Below the pieces are notes generated by a model that did not search any database, had not been told where the DNA came from, and was given only the letters and a program-made list of their open reading frames with translations. Shown here piece after piece: positions 45,408 through 55,967 of a DNA stretch of 64,000 nt. How positions within the stretch are numbered: position 1 is the stretch's first letter; each line of letters starts with the position of its first letter. Origin of the DNA: an uncultured Lachnospiraceae bacterium. GTDB lineage: Bacteria > Bacillota > Clostridia > Lachnospirales > Lachnospiraceae. The translations under genes were made by a program, and so were the position numbers. The stretch lies in contig CAKZZH010000132.1 in assembly GCA_937885345.1 (NCBI GenBank), positions 350 through 64,349 of the forward strand, in the 5' to 3' direction.

Positions 45408-47452
45408 CAGATTGCACCCTCCTCTATCATTTCGTCCAAAGTCTTGCGTACAAGCACGAGAGCATCCTCCATATCTATGTCCTTAAGCTGCGCTCCGGCA
45501 ATCGTCATATGACCGCCTCCGCCAAGTTTCTCCATAATGAGCTGAACATTGATCTCGTCGATCGATCTCGCACTGATATATATCTCGTCCTCATAAAATG
45601 TGAGCACGAATGATGCCTTAATACCACTGATATTAAGCAGTTCGTTGGCAGCCTGGGCACCCACGATGGTAGGGCTCGTAAGGCCGGATGAAGGACAGGT
45701 CGATATCGCAAAACAGTCCCGGTAAACCTCTGCATGCCTTACAGCCTCAGCCTTGGCCTTGTATTCGGCCATACTGCTTCGAAGGAGCTTACGAACCCTT
45801 ATGATATCTGCACCGCTTCTTCTCACAAAAGCCGCAGCATCAAAGGTTCTCGCACCCGCTTTATTGGTAAAATTATTGGTATCGATCACGATACCTGCAT
45901 ATATGGCATCCGCCTCAACATTCTTAAGGCGAATATTCTCTGTAATATACTGAAGTACCTCCGCAACCATCTCACAAGCCGAAGAAGCATAGGGCTCGAT
46001 ATATGAGAGAGTTGCCGTATCTATGGGGTCATCCCCCTGTCGGTGGTGATCGAGAACGACCGTAGTCTTGCATTTACCGATAAGCTCGGGGCACTCGGTA
46101 TAACTCTTCTTGTTAACGTCGACAACCACAAGAAGCGTATTGTTATCGACCTGTGCAAGCGCCTCATCTCCCGTAAGGAACATATCCTCGGGATAATCGT
46201 CGTTATTCTTAAAAGTATCCACAATCGGCTGAAGCGATGTGGTTATCGTATTAAGGACGATATGTGCTTTCTTGTCGAATACCTTGGCCGCCGCATATAT
46301 GCCGACTGCCGATCCGACAGCGTCGACATCGCTTATTTTATGGCCCATAATAAGGACGTTGTCGGTCGCTTCAAGAAGTTCTCTGAGAGCGTGAGCTTTA
46401 ACTCTAGCCTTAACTCTTGTATTCTTCTCAGCCGCGCTGGTCTTGCCGCCAAAATAGGTAACTTTGCTGCCTTCACGGATGACCGCCTGATCGCCGCCTC
46501 GTCCGAGAGCAAGGTCGATAGCGGCTCTTGCCATCTCATAATTGGCCGCAAACGAAGCCTGCATTGCACCGATACCGATGCTGATGGTAACAGCGATCGC
46601 ATTACCGATATTAACGCTCTTAACCTCTTCAAGTATCTGGAAACGGCTCTCCACCATTTGCTCGAAAAATCTGTACCTGACGCAAACAAGGTACTTGTCC
46701 TTCTCAAGTTTCTTAACAACGCCGTCTCCGGCGGAAATGTATTTGTTGATTTTACGCTCGACAAGCGCGATAAGAAGTGACCTTCGTACTTCGTCGATAC
46801 TCTCGAGCGCCTCATCGTAGTTGTCTATATAGATAAGCCCGCAAACAAAACGCTCATTATGAAGCTCTTTCTTGCAGGTGTTGATCTCAGTCTCATCAAA
46901 GAGATATATCGCATACAACTCGGCACTCTCGCTGTCCGCGATCACCATACTGGCATCGATCGCGTTGCCTTCAAAATGCAGGGGGTCGATCATCATTCGA
47001 TAATCTCTCCCGGCGTAGCTTACGCTGATCTCTTTAACCGAGTCGGTAAGCACCGCATTTTTCTTGTACTCCGGGAAAATATCCTCGACATTTGTTCTCT
47101 TCTTTTCATTACCGATAAGACCTGCCATGGCATTGTTCATCCACAGGATCCTGCCCGATTCATCAAGCATTCCGTATGGCACAACAAAGCCGTCAAGAAG
47201 CTCCTTCTGCATATGCGCATAACCCGTTGCAAAATCGACCATCGCCCTTGTAAAACGTTCACGGCTCGTAAGCATAAAAACAACAAAGGCTATTACGAAG
47301 GCCACAAATGCGATCGTTGCGACAATCCCTGCCTTAATATCGATAAAATATGCGATTCCCGCTACAACAGCCATCAGTAAGGCGGCAATCGCCGGCCAAC
47401 GAATGACGGTAGTATATACGGTTTTAATTTTGCTGACTTTTTTCTTACTCAT
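45407..47452 (-). CDS. gdpP: GdpP-type c-di-AMP phosphodiesterase (TM-PAS-degenerate GGDEF-DHH/DHHA1)
   Basis: Started at MSKKKVSK (ATG 47452, GGAGG RBS). Two N-terminal TM helices, DHH motifs (GHKISDVDAVGS, VLDHH) and GGGGH. Conserved gdpP-rplI-dnaB order. Confidence 0.88.
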   Translation of the reverse strand: MSKKKVSKIKTVYTTVIRWPAIAALLMAVVAGIAYFIDIKAGIVATIAFVAFVIAFVVFMLTSRERFTRAMVDFATGYAHMQKELLDGFVVPYGMLDESGRILWMNNAMAGLIGNEKKRTNVEDIFPEYKKNAVLTDSVKEISVSYAGRDYRMMIDPLHFEGNAIDASMVIADSESAELYAIYLFDETEINTCKKELHNERFVCGLIYIDNYDEALESIDEVRRSLLIALVERKINKYISAGDGVVKKLEKDKYLVCVRYRFFEQMVESRFQILEEVKSVNIGNAIAVTISIGIGAMQASFAANYEMARAAIDLALGRGGDQAVIREGSKVTYFGGKTSAAEKNTRVKARVKAHALRELLEATDNVLIMGHKISDVDAVGSAVGIYAAAKVFDKKAHIVLNTITTSLQPIVDTFKNNDDYPEDMFLTGDEALAQVDNNTLLVVVDVNKKSYTECPELIGKCKTTVVLDHHRQGDDPIDTATLSYIEPYASSACEMVAEVLQYITENIRLKNVEADAIYAGIVIDTNNFTNKAGARTFDAAAFVRRSGADIIRVRKLLRSSMAEYKAKAEAVRHAEVYRDCFAISTCPSSGLTSPTIVGAQAANELLNISGIKASFVLTFYEDEIYISARSIDEINVQLIMEKLGGGGHMTIAGAQLKDIDMEDALVLVRKTLDEMIEEGAI

Positions 47453-47584
47453 TAAAACCTCCATAAGGTCACAACCTTGTACATTATACCACGAACGTAG
47501 CAGATTAACAACAACCGGGATGCGCCGCACCCCGGTTGTAAAAAGTTATATTATGCTTTGCATTTCCGATTCTGACAATCCGGA

Positions 47585-48220
47585 TCAGCGATTTCTGATG
47601 TAATAAGTGTTGGAAAGATTTCCGTCATATATCAGGAAATCGACCCATTCCGAACCGTCGGTAACGACCATCTTGACGAATCTTCCGTCGATCGTGTAGG
47701 TTCCGGTATACATCTCGGTATCGATCGCGCGCACAAATGTCCTGTCGGAGAAGTCAATAATGTCCGTATCACCGTCGGTCATCACGTGCTTGAATTTACC
47801 GCTTATCTCCTTATCGCCTATGGATGCCTCCTCAAAAGGCTCATACATCGACTTGGAATATATAACATATTGACCGTCGTAGTAATACTGTTCCTCGGTT
47901 CCGGAGGTCGTAACACAATTGATCGTAGAAGATGCCGCGTCGTACGAATATGTACCGGTCTCAATGTCGGATGACAATTCACCGACCGTTACGGTCATTT
48001 TATATTCATTTGTCTCAGAGTTAAAATACAAATCGATAAGTGTGGGCTTCTCGCCGCTTCCGATCGATATTCCGTATCCGAACTCTCCGCCCTTTTCGAA
48101 GGGATTTCCGCTTCCGTAAGGGTTAAAATGCTTATAAATACCTACACCGGCCGCAGTAATGCCGCCCACAATAAGCAGCGATCCAACGATTATTAAAATG
48201 TTACGAACTGCTTTATTCAT
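47585..48220 (-). CDS. TM-anchored extracytoplasmic protein, unknown function
   Basis: 211 aa. N-terminal signal-anchor helix and a beta-rich body. 3 nt after the permease stop, so probably co-transcribed. Confidence 0.6.
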   Translation of the reverse strand: MNKAVRNILIIVGSLLIVGGITAAGVGIYKHFNPYGSGNPFEKGGEFGYGISIGSGEKPTLIDLYFNSETNEYKMTVTVGELSSDIETGTYSYDAASSTINCVTTSGTEEQYYYDGQYVIYSKSMYEPFEEASIGDKEISGKFKHVMTDGDTDIIDFSDRTFVRAIDTEMYTGTYTIDGRFVKMVVTDGSEWVDFLIYDGNLSNTYYIRNR

Positions 48221-48223
48221 AAA

Positions 48224-49102
48224 TTACTCCTTAACGCCACCCATCTGAACACCGGCTACGATGTTTCTGGCAAGGATGAAGTATACTACAAATATAGGCA
48301 GAATTGCAATAGTAAGACCTATGTATACAACACCGTAATCGGTCTTGAACTGGTCTGACTGAAGCATTCTGATAAACAGAGGCAAAGTCTGCTTACTCTC
48401 ACTCGAGATGATGAGGCTCGGCATGAAAAGGTTATTCCATGACGCTACGAATGCAAATATTGCCTGTGTCGCGATCGCCGGTTTCATAAGGGGTATGGCA
48501 ATCGTGTTAAACGTTCTGAATTCACCGCTTCCATCGATCCTGGCAGCTTCCACGAGCTCCTTAGAGAACACACTCTCCATATACTGCTTCATAAAGAAGA
48601 CTGTCGCAGGCGAAGCGATCGAAGGAATGATGAGTGCCAAGTACGAATCAGTAAGGCCTATCTGGTTCATAAACTGATAGAAACCGATAGCCGCGATCGT
48701 ATTCGGAATGATCATAACGGCAAGTATGAATGACCATGCGAATTTCTTGAGTTTAAAATCATATACGAAGATACCGTATGCGGTAAGTGTTGAAAAATAC
48801 ACGGTACATATCGTACTCGGAACGGAAATGATAAGCGAGTTGAGCATCGCCTTAAAGACGTTAATCTCCATACCGTTCTGCTTAGCCATAAAATTCTTCC
48901 AGTTCTCTGCAAGATTACCTCCGGGAATAAAGGAAAGACCGGCCTTAATCGCTTCAGAAGTTCTGGTAGCATTCATAAACAATATGATAAAAGGTATAAG
49001 GCTCATCAGACAGAGAATAATACAAACTATCTCTTTAGCGGTTCTCTGTACAAGAATTTTTGCATGATAGCCTTTATCAACACCTGATTTTAATTTAGCC
49101 AT
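48224..49102 (-). CDS. carbohydrate ABC permease (MalG-like)
   Basis: 292 aa, 6 TM, EAA loop (VEAARIDGSGEFRTFNTIAIP). Confidence 0.9.
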   Translation of the reverse strand: MAKLKSGVDKGYHAKILVQRTAKEIVCIILCLMSLIPFIILFMNATRTSEAIKAGLSFIPGGNLAENWKNFMAKQNGMEINVFKAMLNSLIISVPSTICTVYFSTLTAYGIFVYDFKLKKFAWSFILAVMIIPNTIAAIGFYQFMNQIGLTDSYLALIIPSIASPATVFFMKQYMESVFSKELVEAARIDGSGEFRTFNTIAIPLMKPAIATQAIFAFVASWNNLFMPSLIISSESKQTLPLFIRMLQSDQFKTDYGVVYIGLTIAILPIFVVYFILARNIVAGVQMGGVKE

Positions 49103-49119
49103 GTTCTGCGCCTCCTTAT

Positions 49120-50109
49120 CTACGCCCTAGCTCTCTTCTTCTTGGTCTTATCGGAATTACCCATAACCTTGAAGAGGATGAGACTGACGATTAATGTGAC
49201 AATGAACAGGAGTACGGAAACAACACTCGCTTTTCCGTAGTTCTTGCTATTGTAGAGACGCATGATATACATCGTGACCGTTGTGGTTGAATCTGCCGGG
49301 TTACCGACGTATGACGAACCAACGACATTGAAAAGTGAAGGAATATCATACATCTGGAGTCCGCCGACAGCAGATGTTACAAGCGTAAACAATAAAATAG
49401 GTTTAAGAAGCGGGAGCGTAACCCTGAAGAATCGTTGTCCTCCGTTCGCACCGTCAATCGAGGCGGCTTCATACAGGGACGGGTTGATTCCGAGCATACC
49501 CGCTATTAAAAGCAAAGTTGTATTGCCATACCACATCCAGAAAAGGATGAAAGAGATAAGTCCTCTTGTTCCGGCAATTGAATCAAGGAAATTATAATCC
49601 TGTGCAATAACGCCCATTTTCTTAAGAAGAGCGGTAACAGGACCATACTGCGCAAAGAGTGAAGCAAAGAGGACTGAAATAGATGCGGCAGTAATAATAT
49701 TCGGCATATAAGTAAGAATCTTGATAGCTCCCTGACCACGTACTTTAACGATCGTATTCGTAAGCCATGCGGCAATAAGGAGCGAAATGATTATCTGAGG
49801 TATAAAGCCTCCTATCCACATAATAACGGTATTAAGAAGATATTTGAAGAAATATGCCTTCTCACCTGCCGTGATTCCAAGGACATCGGCAAAACCTTTA
49901 AGGCCATTGAAAGTAATGGTTACATTACCGTATCGATCGACATAATTGAGCAAACTCCAACGAAATGTATTGATAAGCGGATATACCTGAAATCCTAAAT
50001 AAACAAGGAAAAAGGGAAGTATAAAGAGATATCCGTACCATTCATGAGTAACTTTCTTTCTCCTGCGGGGCTTTGTAGCCGATACCGTCTTAACTGCATT
50101 ATCCGACAT
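49120..50109 (-). CDS. carbohydrate ABC permease (MalF-like)
   Basis: 329 aa, 6 TM, EAA loop (YEAASIDGANGGQRFFRVTLP). Confidence 0.9.
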   Translation of the reverse strand: MSDNAVKTVSATKPRRRKKVTHEWYGYLFILPFFLVYLGFQVYPLINTFRWSLLNYVDRYGNVTITFNGLKGFADVLGITAGEKAYFFKYLLNTVIMWIGGFIPQIIISLLIAAWLTNTIVKVRGQGAIKILTYMPNIITAASISVLFASLFAQYGPVTALLKKMGVIAQDYNFLDSIAGTRGLISFILFWMWYGNTTLLLIAGMLGINPSLYEAASIDGANGGQRFFRVTLPLLKPILLFTLVTSAVGGLQMYDIPSLFNVVGSSYVGNPADSTTTVTMYIMRLYNSKNYGKASVVSVLLFIVTLIVSLILFKVMGNSDKTKKKRARA

Positions 50110-50126
50110 TGTGACCCTCCATTTGT

Positions 50127-50163
50127 AAAAGAAAAGACTCCCACTACCCGAAAGTAGCGGGAG
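50127..50163 (-). terminator. intercistronic terminator/attenuator between binding-protein and permease genes
   Basis: Minus strand: 10-bp stem CTCCCGCTAC / GTAGTGGGAG (one G-U pair) followed by TCTTTTCTTTT. Lies just upstream of the permease RBS. Confidence 0.6.
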
Positions 50164-50248
50164 CCTGAATTAGTATAGTCCGGGGTAAACCCCTATGTGA
50201 ATTGTAAAAAATCACATTACTAAGCACCGGCAGGTGCCTACACAATCA

Positions 50249-51742
50249 TTAGTCAGCGATGTTAAGGTAGCTGAATGTATCATGGATGTAAGCCTTGAGG
50301 TTGCCGATAGCACTGTCATAATCGCCGCTCGCAATGTACTCCTTAACATATGTGCTGAGAGTATCGTTGATCTGCTTGTCCTCAGGCTTAACAACTGAGG
50401 TATCAACAGTCATGCCTGTAAGTATATCATTGTAAACCTTGATGTAGTTCTGGCTGTACATAAGTCCGTTTCCGGAAGCAAGTGCAAGGTTGTTTTCCTT
50501 ATCTGTGATGATCGTCTCGGAATTCTCAAGAAGGTAAGCATTAGCTGTTTCGTTGTTGATGAAGTCACAGTTAAACATAGCGATCTTCTCCATAGACTCT
50601 GCGTCACATGTGAAGTACTTGATGATGTCAGCTGCAAGCTCTTTATCAGCACAACCTACAGTTGCTGCAAGACCTGTACCGCCCCAGTAGAATGACTGAG
50701 GACCTGCAACTGTGATCGTCTGTCCCTTCCAAGAACCTGATAAGCACCAATACTGGAACCAAGGACATCCTGTGTAAGCAAGTGCAGACTTAGCGTCCTC
50801 AACACCGGTACCATCCATCATGGTGTACCAGTCAGCAGCCCACTGAGTTGTACCAAATGTCCAGTTCTTATCAGCGAAAAGCTTAGCCTCCTCGAAGTAA
50901 GCCTTAACCTGATCGTCGATCACGATGTTATCGTTGTCATCATACCAACCTGTCTTACGGTTGTTGGTAAATACTCTGTTAAGATCGTCCCATCCTGAAA
51001 GGAGTCTGCAGTTACCGTTTGAAGCCTCAGCAAGTTTAGCTGCTGTCGCTTCTACTGCTGTCCAATCCTTAAGCATTTCCTGAAGCTCTGCAGGATCGGT
51101 TGTTCCAAGATACTTCTCGCAAAGGTCTGCTCTTAAGCACCAAGCACCGGGTGTTGCCTGCCAAAATGAAGCATACTGGGAAGCAGCACTTGTTGTACCG
51201 TCTTTGCTACATACAACAGCGTTGAATTCGTACTGATCCTTGAGATCGTCATCTGTGATTCCGAGGTCAGCCATCGAGAGAAGGTTGCTGCCCTGAACAT
51301 ACTTCTGAACGTAGTCAATCTCAAGACCCATAAGGTCAGGATAAAGCTCTGCAGAAGTATCCTTAAGAAGTTCGTCGATCTTGGTCTGATAGTTATCAGA
51401 TCCACCCGAGTTAACGAATACGATTCTTGCGTAGTTATCTGCCTTGTCAGCTGCATATACGTTGTCAAGGATCTTCTTGATATCATCATTCCAACCCCAA
51501 ACGACGAATGCGTCAGCTGCTGAAGCATCACCGGTAATGGTGTTTGCAGGCGTTGTAGGCTCCTCTGCTGCTGTTGTCTCATCCTCTGTTGCCGATGAAT
51601 CTGCTGATGATGCAGCTGCCGATGATGCAGCTGAAGAAGCTGCTGCCGAACTGCTTGATGATGTATTTGTACATCCTGCTGCAGTTCCGATTGCCATTGC
51701 AGCTGCTAAACCAAGCACTGCAATTCTCTGAAACTTTCTCAT
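50249..51742 (-). CDS. extracellular sugar-binding lipoprotein
   Basis: Started at MRKFQRIAVLGLAAAMAIGTAAGC (ATG 51742, GGAGGG RBS). Lipobox AAGC and a Ser/Ala-rich linker. Confidence 0.85.
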   Translation of the reverse strand: MRKFQRIAVLGLAAAMAIGTAAGCTNTSSSSSAAASSAASSAAASSADSSATEDETTAAEEPTTPANTITGDASAADAFVVWGWNDDIKKILDNVYAADKADNYARIVFVNSGGSDNYQTKIDELLKDTSAELYPDLMGLEIDYVQKYVQGSNLLSMADLGITDDDLKDQYEFNAVVCSKDGTTSAASQYASFWQATPGAWCLRADLCEKYLGTTDPAELQEMLKDWTAVEATAAKLAEASNGNCRLLSGWDDLNRVFTNNRKTGWYDDNDNIVIDDQVKAYFEEAKLFADKNWTFGTTQWAADWYTMMDGTGVEDAKSALAYTGCPWFQYWCLSGSWKGQTITVAGPQSFYWGGTGLAATVGCADKELAADIIKYFTCDAESMEKIAMFNCDFINNETANAYLLENSETIITDKENNLALASGNGLMYSQNYIKVYNDILTGMTVDTSVVKPEDKQINDTLSTYVKEYIASGDYDSAIGNLKAYIHDTFSYLNIAD

Positions 51743-51796
51743 TGTCCCTCCATTCCGCTGTCTGCCCCCGCAAACAGCATATGACTCTTTTTTCTT

Positions 51797-51823
51797 CGAT
51801 AAACGATTACTCAATCGTTTTCG
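51797..51823. promoter_or_regulatory. candidate LacI-family operator (imperfect palindrome)
   Basis: CGATAAACGATT-actc-AATCGTTTTCG, immediately downstream of the -10 of the binding-protein promoter. Confidence 0.45.
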
Positions 51824-51830
51824 TAATATG

Positions 51831-51859
51831 ATAATACAACAATTTGTCGGTCAATGCAA
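51831..51859 (-). promoter_or_regulatory. candidate promoter of the cellobiose ABC operon
   Basis: Minus strand: TTGCAT (51859-51854), 17-nt spacer, TATTAT (51836-51831). A-tracts lie upstream. Confidence 0.5.
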
Positions 51860-52014
51860 CCCTTTTTTTGAAATTTTTTGGTAATTATTACCAAGACGAC
51901 CCGGTAACACCATCAAGCATTGCATTAAAATACCGCAAAAATCATTGTATACATCCGTTTTTATCGAAATCGTTATAGTCCGGATTAAAGCAGATATGTC
52001 CGAAATTTTCGCTA

Positions 52015-53031
52015 TCAGCCTCTCAGATTCTTGACCGTTTTACCGGGATAAAGCTGAGTATCGACAACAATCTGACCGATCATTGTAGTTCTGGGCTTCT
52101 CTATAAGAGAAATAAGTTTCTCGGCTGCACAGCTTCCCATGGTTCTGGTGTTCTGAATAACCGTTGTGATCTGAGGCTCAATCTGTCTTGCAATAGTAAT
52201 GCCGTCGAATCCGGCAATGGAAATATCTTCGGGAATCCTAAGTCCTCTCGCTCTTATCGCATTAAGTCCGCCAAAGGCCGCATAATCATCGGGATAGATT
52301 ATGACTGTGGGCGGATCGGGCATATCGAGGAATTCATATGTAAGTTCTTCGGCAAGCGCGATATCACGATATCTGGATTCCTTAACATATTCATCCGGAA
52401 TATGAACATCATTCTTATCGAGTGTTATATAGAAGCCCGACAATCTGTCACTTGTTACGGCGGAATCCTCACCGCACATATATGCGATCTTGGTATGCCC
52501 CATATCGCATATATATTGGGTAAGATCCTCCATTCCCTTTTCATTATTGGAAAGAATTGCAATAGTATTGTTGAAGGTATAATCAATCGTGACAACCGGA
52601 ATGTCGCTTCTCATAAGTTCGAGAACCTGGGGCTCGTTGAAGTCTATGCAAGCGATCATTACGCCGTCAAATCCTCTGAAACGGCTGTGCTCAAGGTATG
52701 TCATATTATTAAAATGATTCTTGTTGGAAAGAATGAAGGTAATATCATATCCGAAACTCTCGGCGGTAGTCTTAAAGCTGTCGAGCACGCTCGCGAAATA
52801 GTCGTGAGTCAGACCGCTCATGGCCTCATCCACGAAAAGAACTCCGATATTATGGCTCTTGTTGGTCTTGAGCGCTCTTGCCGATGAATTCGGTTGATAG
52901 CCCATTTCCTTAGCCACCTTCTTAATAAGTTCCTTCTTCTCTTCGCTAACATCACTGTGCCCGTTAAGTGCCTTACTTACGGTAGAAACAGACACATTAC
53001 ACTTAGCTGCCACATCTTTGATCGATACCAT
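52015..53031 (-). CDS. LacI-family transcriptional regulator
   Basis: 338 aa. HTH MVSIKDVAAKCNVSVSTVSKALNG plus a periplasmic-binding-fold effector domain. Confidence 0.92.
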   Translation of the reverse strand: MVSIKDVAAKCNVSVSTVSKALNGHSDVSEEKKELIKKVAKEMGYQPNSSARALKTNKSHNIGVLFVDEAMSGLTHDYFASVLDSFKTTAESFGYDITFILSNKNHFNNMTYLEHSRFRGFDGVMIACIDFNEPQVLELMRSDIPVVTIDYTFNNTIAILSNNEKGMEDLTQYICDMGHTKIAYMCGEDSAVTSDRLSGFYITLDKNDVHIPDEYVKESRYRDIALAEELTYEFLDMPDPPTVIIYPDDYAAFGGLNAIRARGLRIPEDISIAGFDGITIARQIEPQITTVIQNTRTMGSCAAEKLISLIEKPRTTMIGQIVVDTQLYPGKTVKNLRG

Positions 53032-53083
53032 ATTTACTCCTGATAAAATCCGTTTTCGTGAATCCTTTGTGCATTTTGCCGTG

Positions 53084-53097
53084 CTAAATCGTTTTAG
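53084..53097. promoter_or_regulatory. candidate autoregulatory operator
   Basis: CTAAATCGTTTTAG pseudo-palindrome with a central CG, just downstream of the lacI-type gene promoter -10. Confidence 0.4.
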
Positions 53098-53105
53098 TAT
53101 TTAAA

Positions 53106-53134
53106 ATAATAAAGCAAAATAAACTAAAATGCAA
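53106..53134 (-). promoter_or_regulatory. candidate promoter of the LacI-family gene
   Basis: Minus strand: TTGCAT (53134-53129), 17-nt spacer, TATTAT (53111-53106). Same hexamers as the ABC operon promoter. Confidence 0.5.
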
Positions 53135-53143
53135 CCAATTTAC

Positions 53144-53158
53144 TACGAAATTTTCGTA
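53144..53158. promoter_or_regulatory. near-palindromic site between the divergent promoters
   Basis: TACGAAATTTTCGTA, a relative of the AAATCGTTTT motif that lacks the central CG. Confidence 0.3.
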
Positions 53159-53215
53159 AATTAGGATTTTTTATCATTAAATTGACATTTTTTATTTTTT
53201 ATTCGAGCAAAAATC

Positions 53216-53244
53216 TTGTAACCCATGTTTGTATTTGCTATAAT
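53216..53244 (+). promoter_or_regulatory. candidate promoter of the GH94 phosphorylase gene
   Basis: TTGTAA (53216-53221), 17-nt spacer, TGcTATAAT (53236-53244). Confidence 0.55.
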
Positions 53245-53253
53245 CGAGTTGAT

Positions 53254-53293
53254 TTTCGAAATCGTTTTCGGTTAAAAGGGGGAAAACGATTTC
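53254..53293. promoter_or_regulatory. two candidate operators in inverted orientation
   Basis: GAAATCGTTTTC (53258-53269) and its reverse complement GAAAACGATTTC (53282-53293), 12 nt apart. They start about 14 nt after the -10. Confidence 0.45.
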
Positions 53294-53396
53294 GTCCATC
53301 AAAAGCAGGCACTGCCACGGTAGCAGTGTTTGCAGGTATTTTACAGGCTTTTAGAAAAAAGAGAAGAGAAAAGAGAAGAATCAGGAGGGATTACAC

Positions 53397-55826
53397 ATGA
53401 AGTTCGGTTACTTTGATGACGAAAACCGCGAATACGTCATCACAACGCCTAAGACTCCGCTTCCGTGGATCAATTACTTAGGCTCTAACGAGTTTTTTTC
53501 CCTGATATCCAACACTTGCGGCGGTTACACCTTCTATAAGGATGCCAAGCTGCTCAGACTTACGAGATATCGTTATAACGATGTTCCGATGGATATCAAC
53601 GGCAAATACTTCTACATCAATGACAACGGAACCATCTGGAATCCGGGCTGGAAGCCCACCCAAACAGACCTCGATGAATATGAATGCCGTCATGGTATGG
53701 GTTATTCCAAGTTCAAGGGGGCTAAGAACGGACTGGAAGCAAATGTGCTTACATTTGTACCCATGAATGACAACTGTGAGGTGACCAGGCTCACACTCAC
53801 CAACAATTCATCGCAGGATAAGGATTTTAAAGTATTTTCATATGTGGAATGGTGTCTTTGGAATGCCGACGACGACAGCCGTAATTTCCAGCGTAACTTA
53901 TCGACCGGCGAGGTTGAGGTTGACGGTTCCACGATCTACCATAAAACGGAATACAGAGAGCGTCGCAACCACTACGCGATCTACTCCGTAAATGCGCCCA
54001 TAGACGGATTCGACACTATCAGGGACGAATTCCTCGGTGCATATCACTATGCTTCTTCACCCGAAGTTGTAGAAAACGGCAAAGCCAAGAACTCTATGGC
54101 AAGCGGATGGTCACCCATTGCCAGCCACCAGCTCAATGTTAAGCTTGCTCCCGGAGAGAGCAAGAGCTTTGTATTCGTACTCGCATATATCGAGAATCCC
54201 GTTAATGACAAATGGGAAGCTCCCAATGTCGTTAACAAGAAGCCTGCCAAAGCGCTTCTTTCCAAGTATCAGACAGACGGCGGCGTAGACAGAGCATTCA
54301 ACGAATTAAAGAGATACTGGAAGGAACTCCTCAGCAAATACACTGTTCAGTCTTCCAACGACAAGGTCGATCGTATGGTTAACATCTGGAATCAGTACCA
54401 GTGCATGGTAACCTTTAATATGAGCCGAAGTGCTTCTTATTACGAGTCCGGAATCGGCCGCGGAATGGGCTTCAGAGATTCATGTCAGGATCTTCTCGGC
54501 TTCGTTCATCTTATTCCCGAGCGCGCCCGCGAGAGAATAATCGATATCGCTTCAACCCAGTTTGAAGACGGCAGCGCATATCATCAGTATCAGCCTCTCA
54601 CCAAGAAAGGCAATGCAGATATCGGATCGGGCTTTAATGACGATCCTCTCTGGCTTATCGCCGGAACAAGCGCATACGTAAAGGAAACCGGAGACCTTTC
54701 CATCCTTAAGCAACCCGTTCCTTTCGATAATGACGAGAGCAAAGCAACTCCTCTTATGGACCACCTTAAGAGATCTCTCGATTATATCATCAATCACAAA
54801 GGACCCCACGCACTTCCCCTTATCGGACGAGCTGACTGGAATGACTGTCTCAACCTCAACTGCTTCTCAGAGAAGCCCGGTGAGTCCTTCCAGACTTTCG
54901 GACCTTCCGAAGGCCCCGTTGCAGAGTCCGTATTCATTGCCGGTATGTTTGTAAAATACGGTCGTGAATATGCCGATCTTGCCAATCTCCTCGGAGATGT
55001 TGCCGAAGCAGAGAGAGCTCTTGCAGAGGTTGATAAAATATACGCTGCAATCCTTGACGCAGGCTGGGACGGCGAATGGTTCGTACGAGCATACGATGCA
55101 TTCAGCCACAAAGTCGGTTCGAAGGAATGTGAAGAAGGACAGATCTTCATCGAGCCCCAGGGCTTCTGCGTTCTCGCAGGTGTCGGCGTTAAGGAAGGTC
55201 TCGCAGAGAAAGCGCTCAACTCGGTTAAAGAGAAACTCGATACCAAGTACGGCATAATGATCCTTCAGCCCGCATATACCAAGTACCATATCGAACTCGG
55301 AGAGGTAACCTCATATCCTCCCGGATACAAAGAGAATGCAGGCATTTTCTGTCATAACAATCCTTGGGTATCATGTGCCGAGACCGTCATCGGAAGAGGC
55401 GACAGAGCATTTGAAATCTATCGGAAGACCTGCCCTGCATACTGCGAGGAATTCTCTGAGATCCACAGAACCGAGCCCTATGTATATTCACAGATGATCG
55501 CAGGCGCCGATGCCAAATTCCACGGCGAGGCCAAGAACAGTTGGCTCACCGGAACCGCAGCATGGACTTTCGTTAACATTTCGCAGTACATACTCGGCGT
55601 AGCACCCACACACAAAGGACTTCAGATCAATCCCTGTGTACCTTCGGATTTCGGCGATTTTAAGATTACAAGGCGTTTCCGCGAGGGAACCTATAACATC
55701 ACCGTTAAGAACAGCGGAAGTCAGAAGGGCGTTAAATCAATGGTTGTTGACGGAAGACCCGTTGAGGGCTGCATCGTGCCTTACGAGAAAGGCAAGACTC
55801 AGTACAATGTAGTTGTAGAGATGTAA
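53397..55826 (+). CDS. cellobiose (cellodextrin/chitobiose-class) phosphorylase, GH94
   Basis: 809 aa. The N-terminus [27 protein letters not shown]...[23 protein letters not shown] closely matches remembered clostridial cellobiose phosphorylase. Confidence 0.92.
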   Translation: MKFGYFDDENREYVITTPKTPLPWINYLGSNEFFSLISNTCGGYTFYKDAKLLRLTRYRYNDVPMDINGKYFYINDNGTIWNPGWKPTQTDLDEYECRHGMGYSKFKGAKNGLEANVLTFVPMNDNCEVTRLTLTNNSSQDKDFKVFSYVEWCLWNADDDSRNFQRNLSTGEVEVDGSTIYHKTEYRERRNHYAIYSVNAPIDGFDTIRDEFLGAYHYASSPEVVENGKAKNSMASGWSPIASHQLNVKLAPGESKSFVFVLAYIENPVNDKWEAPNVVNKKPAKALLSKYQTDGGVDRAFNELKRYWKELLSKYTVQSSNDKVDRMVNIWNQYQCMVTFNMSRSASYYESGIGRGMGFRDSCQDLLGFVHLIPERARERIIDIASTQFEDGSAYHQYQPLTKKGNADIGSGFNDDPLWLIAGTSAYVKETGDLSILKQPVPFDNDESKATPLMDHLKRSLDYIINHKGPHALPLIGRADWNDCLNLNCFSEKPGESFQTFGPSEGPVAESVFIAGMFVKYGREYADLANLLGDVAEAERALAEVDKIYAAILDAGWDGEWFVRAYDAFSHKVGSKECEEGQIFIEPQGFCVLAGVGVKEGLAEKALNSVKEKLDTKYGIMILQPAYTKYHIELGEVTSYPPGYKENAGIFCHNNPWVSCAETVIGRGDRAFEIYRKTCPAYCEEFSEIHRTEPYVYSQMIAGADAKFHGEAKNSWLTGTAAWTFVNISQYILGVAPTHKGLQINPCVPSDFGDFKITRRFREGTYNITVKNSGSQKGVKSMVVDGRPVEGCIVPYEKGKTQYNVVVEM

Positions 55827-55900
55827 GCCCGGACGCAGCGGCGCGCAGGTTCTGCAGCCCGGCAGACACACGTCATACATAATATTTCCTCAAATAAAAT

Positions 55901-55942
55901 ATATGGCGAAGAAGGATCAATCTTCTTCGCCATATTATTTTA
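55901..55942. terminator. bidirectional intrinsic terminator
   Basis: 14-bp perfect stem ATATGGCGAAGAAG / CTTCTTCGCCATAT, flanked by an A-rich tract (5') and TATTTTA (3'). Confidence 0.75.
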
Positions 55943-55967
55943 CACGGAAAGACCATCATAAGCGGAT

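Noticed and set aside
53182-53400. 72-aa ORF in the leader of the GH94 gene.
   Set aside because: It spans the promoter and operator region, has no RBS, and is Arg/Lys-rich with low complexity.
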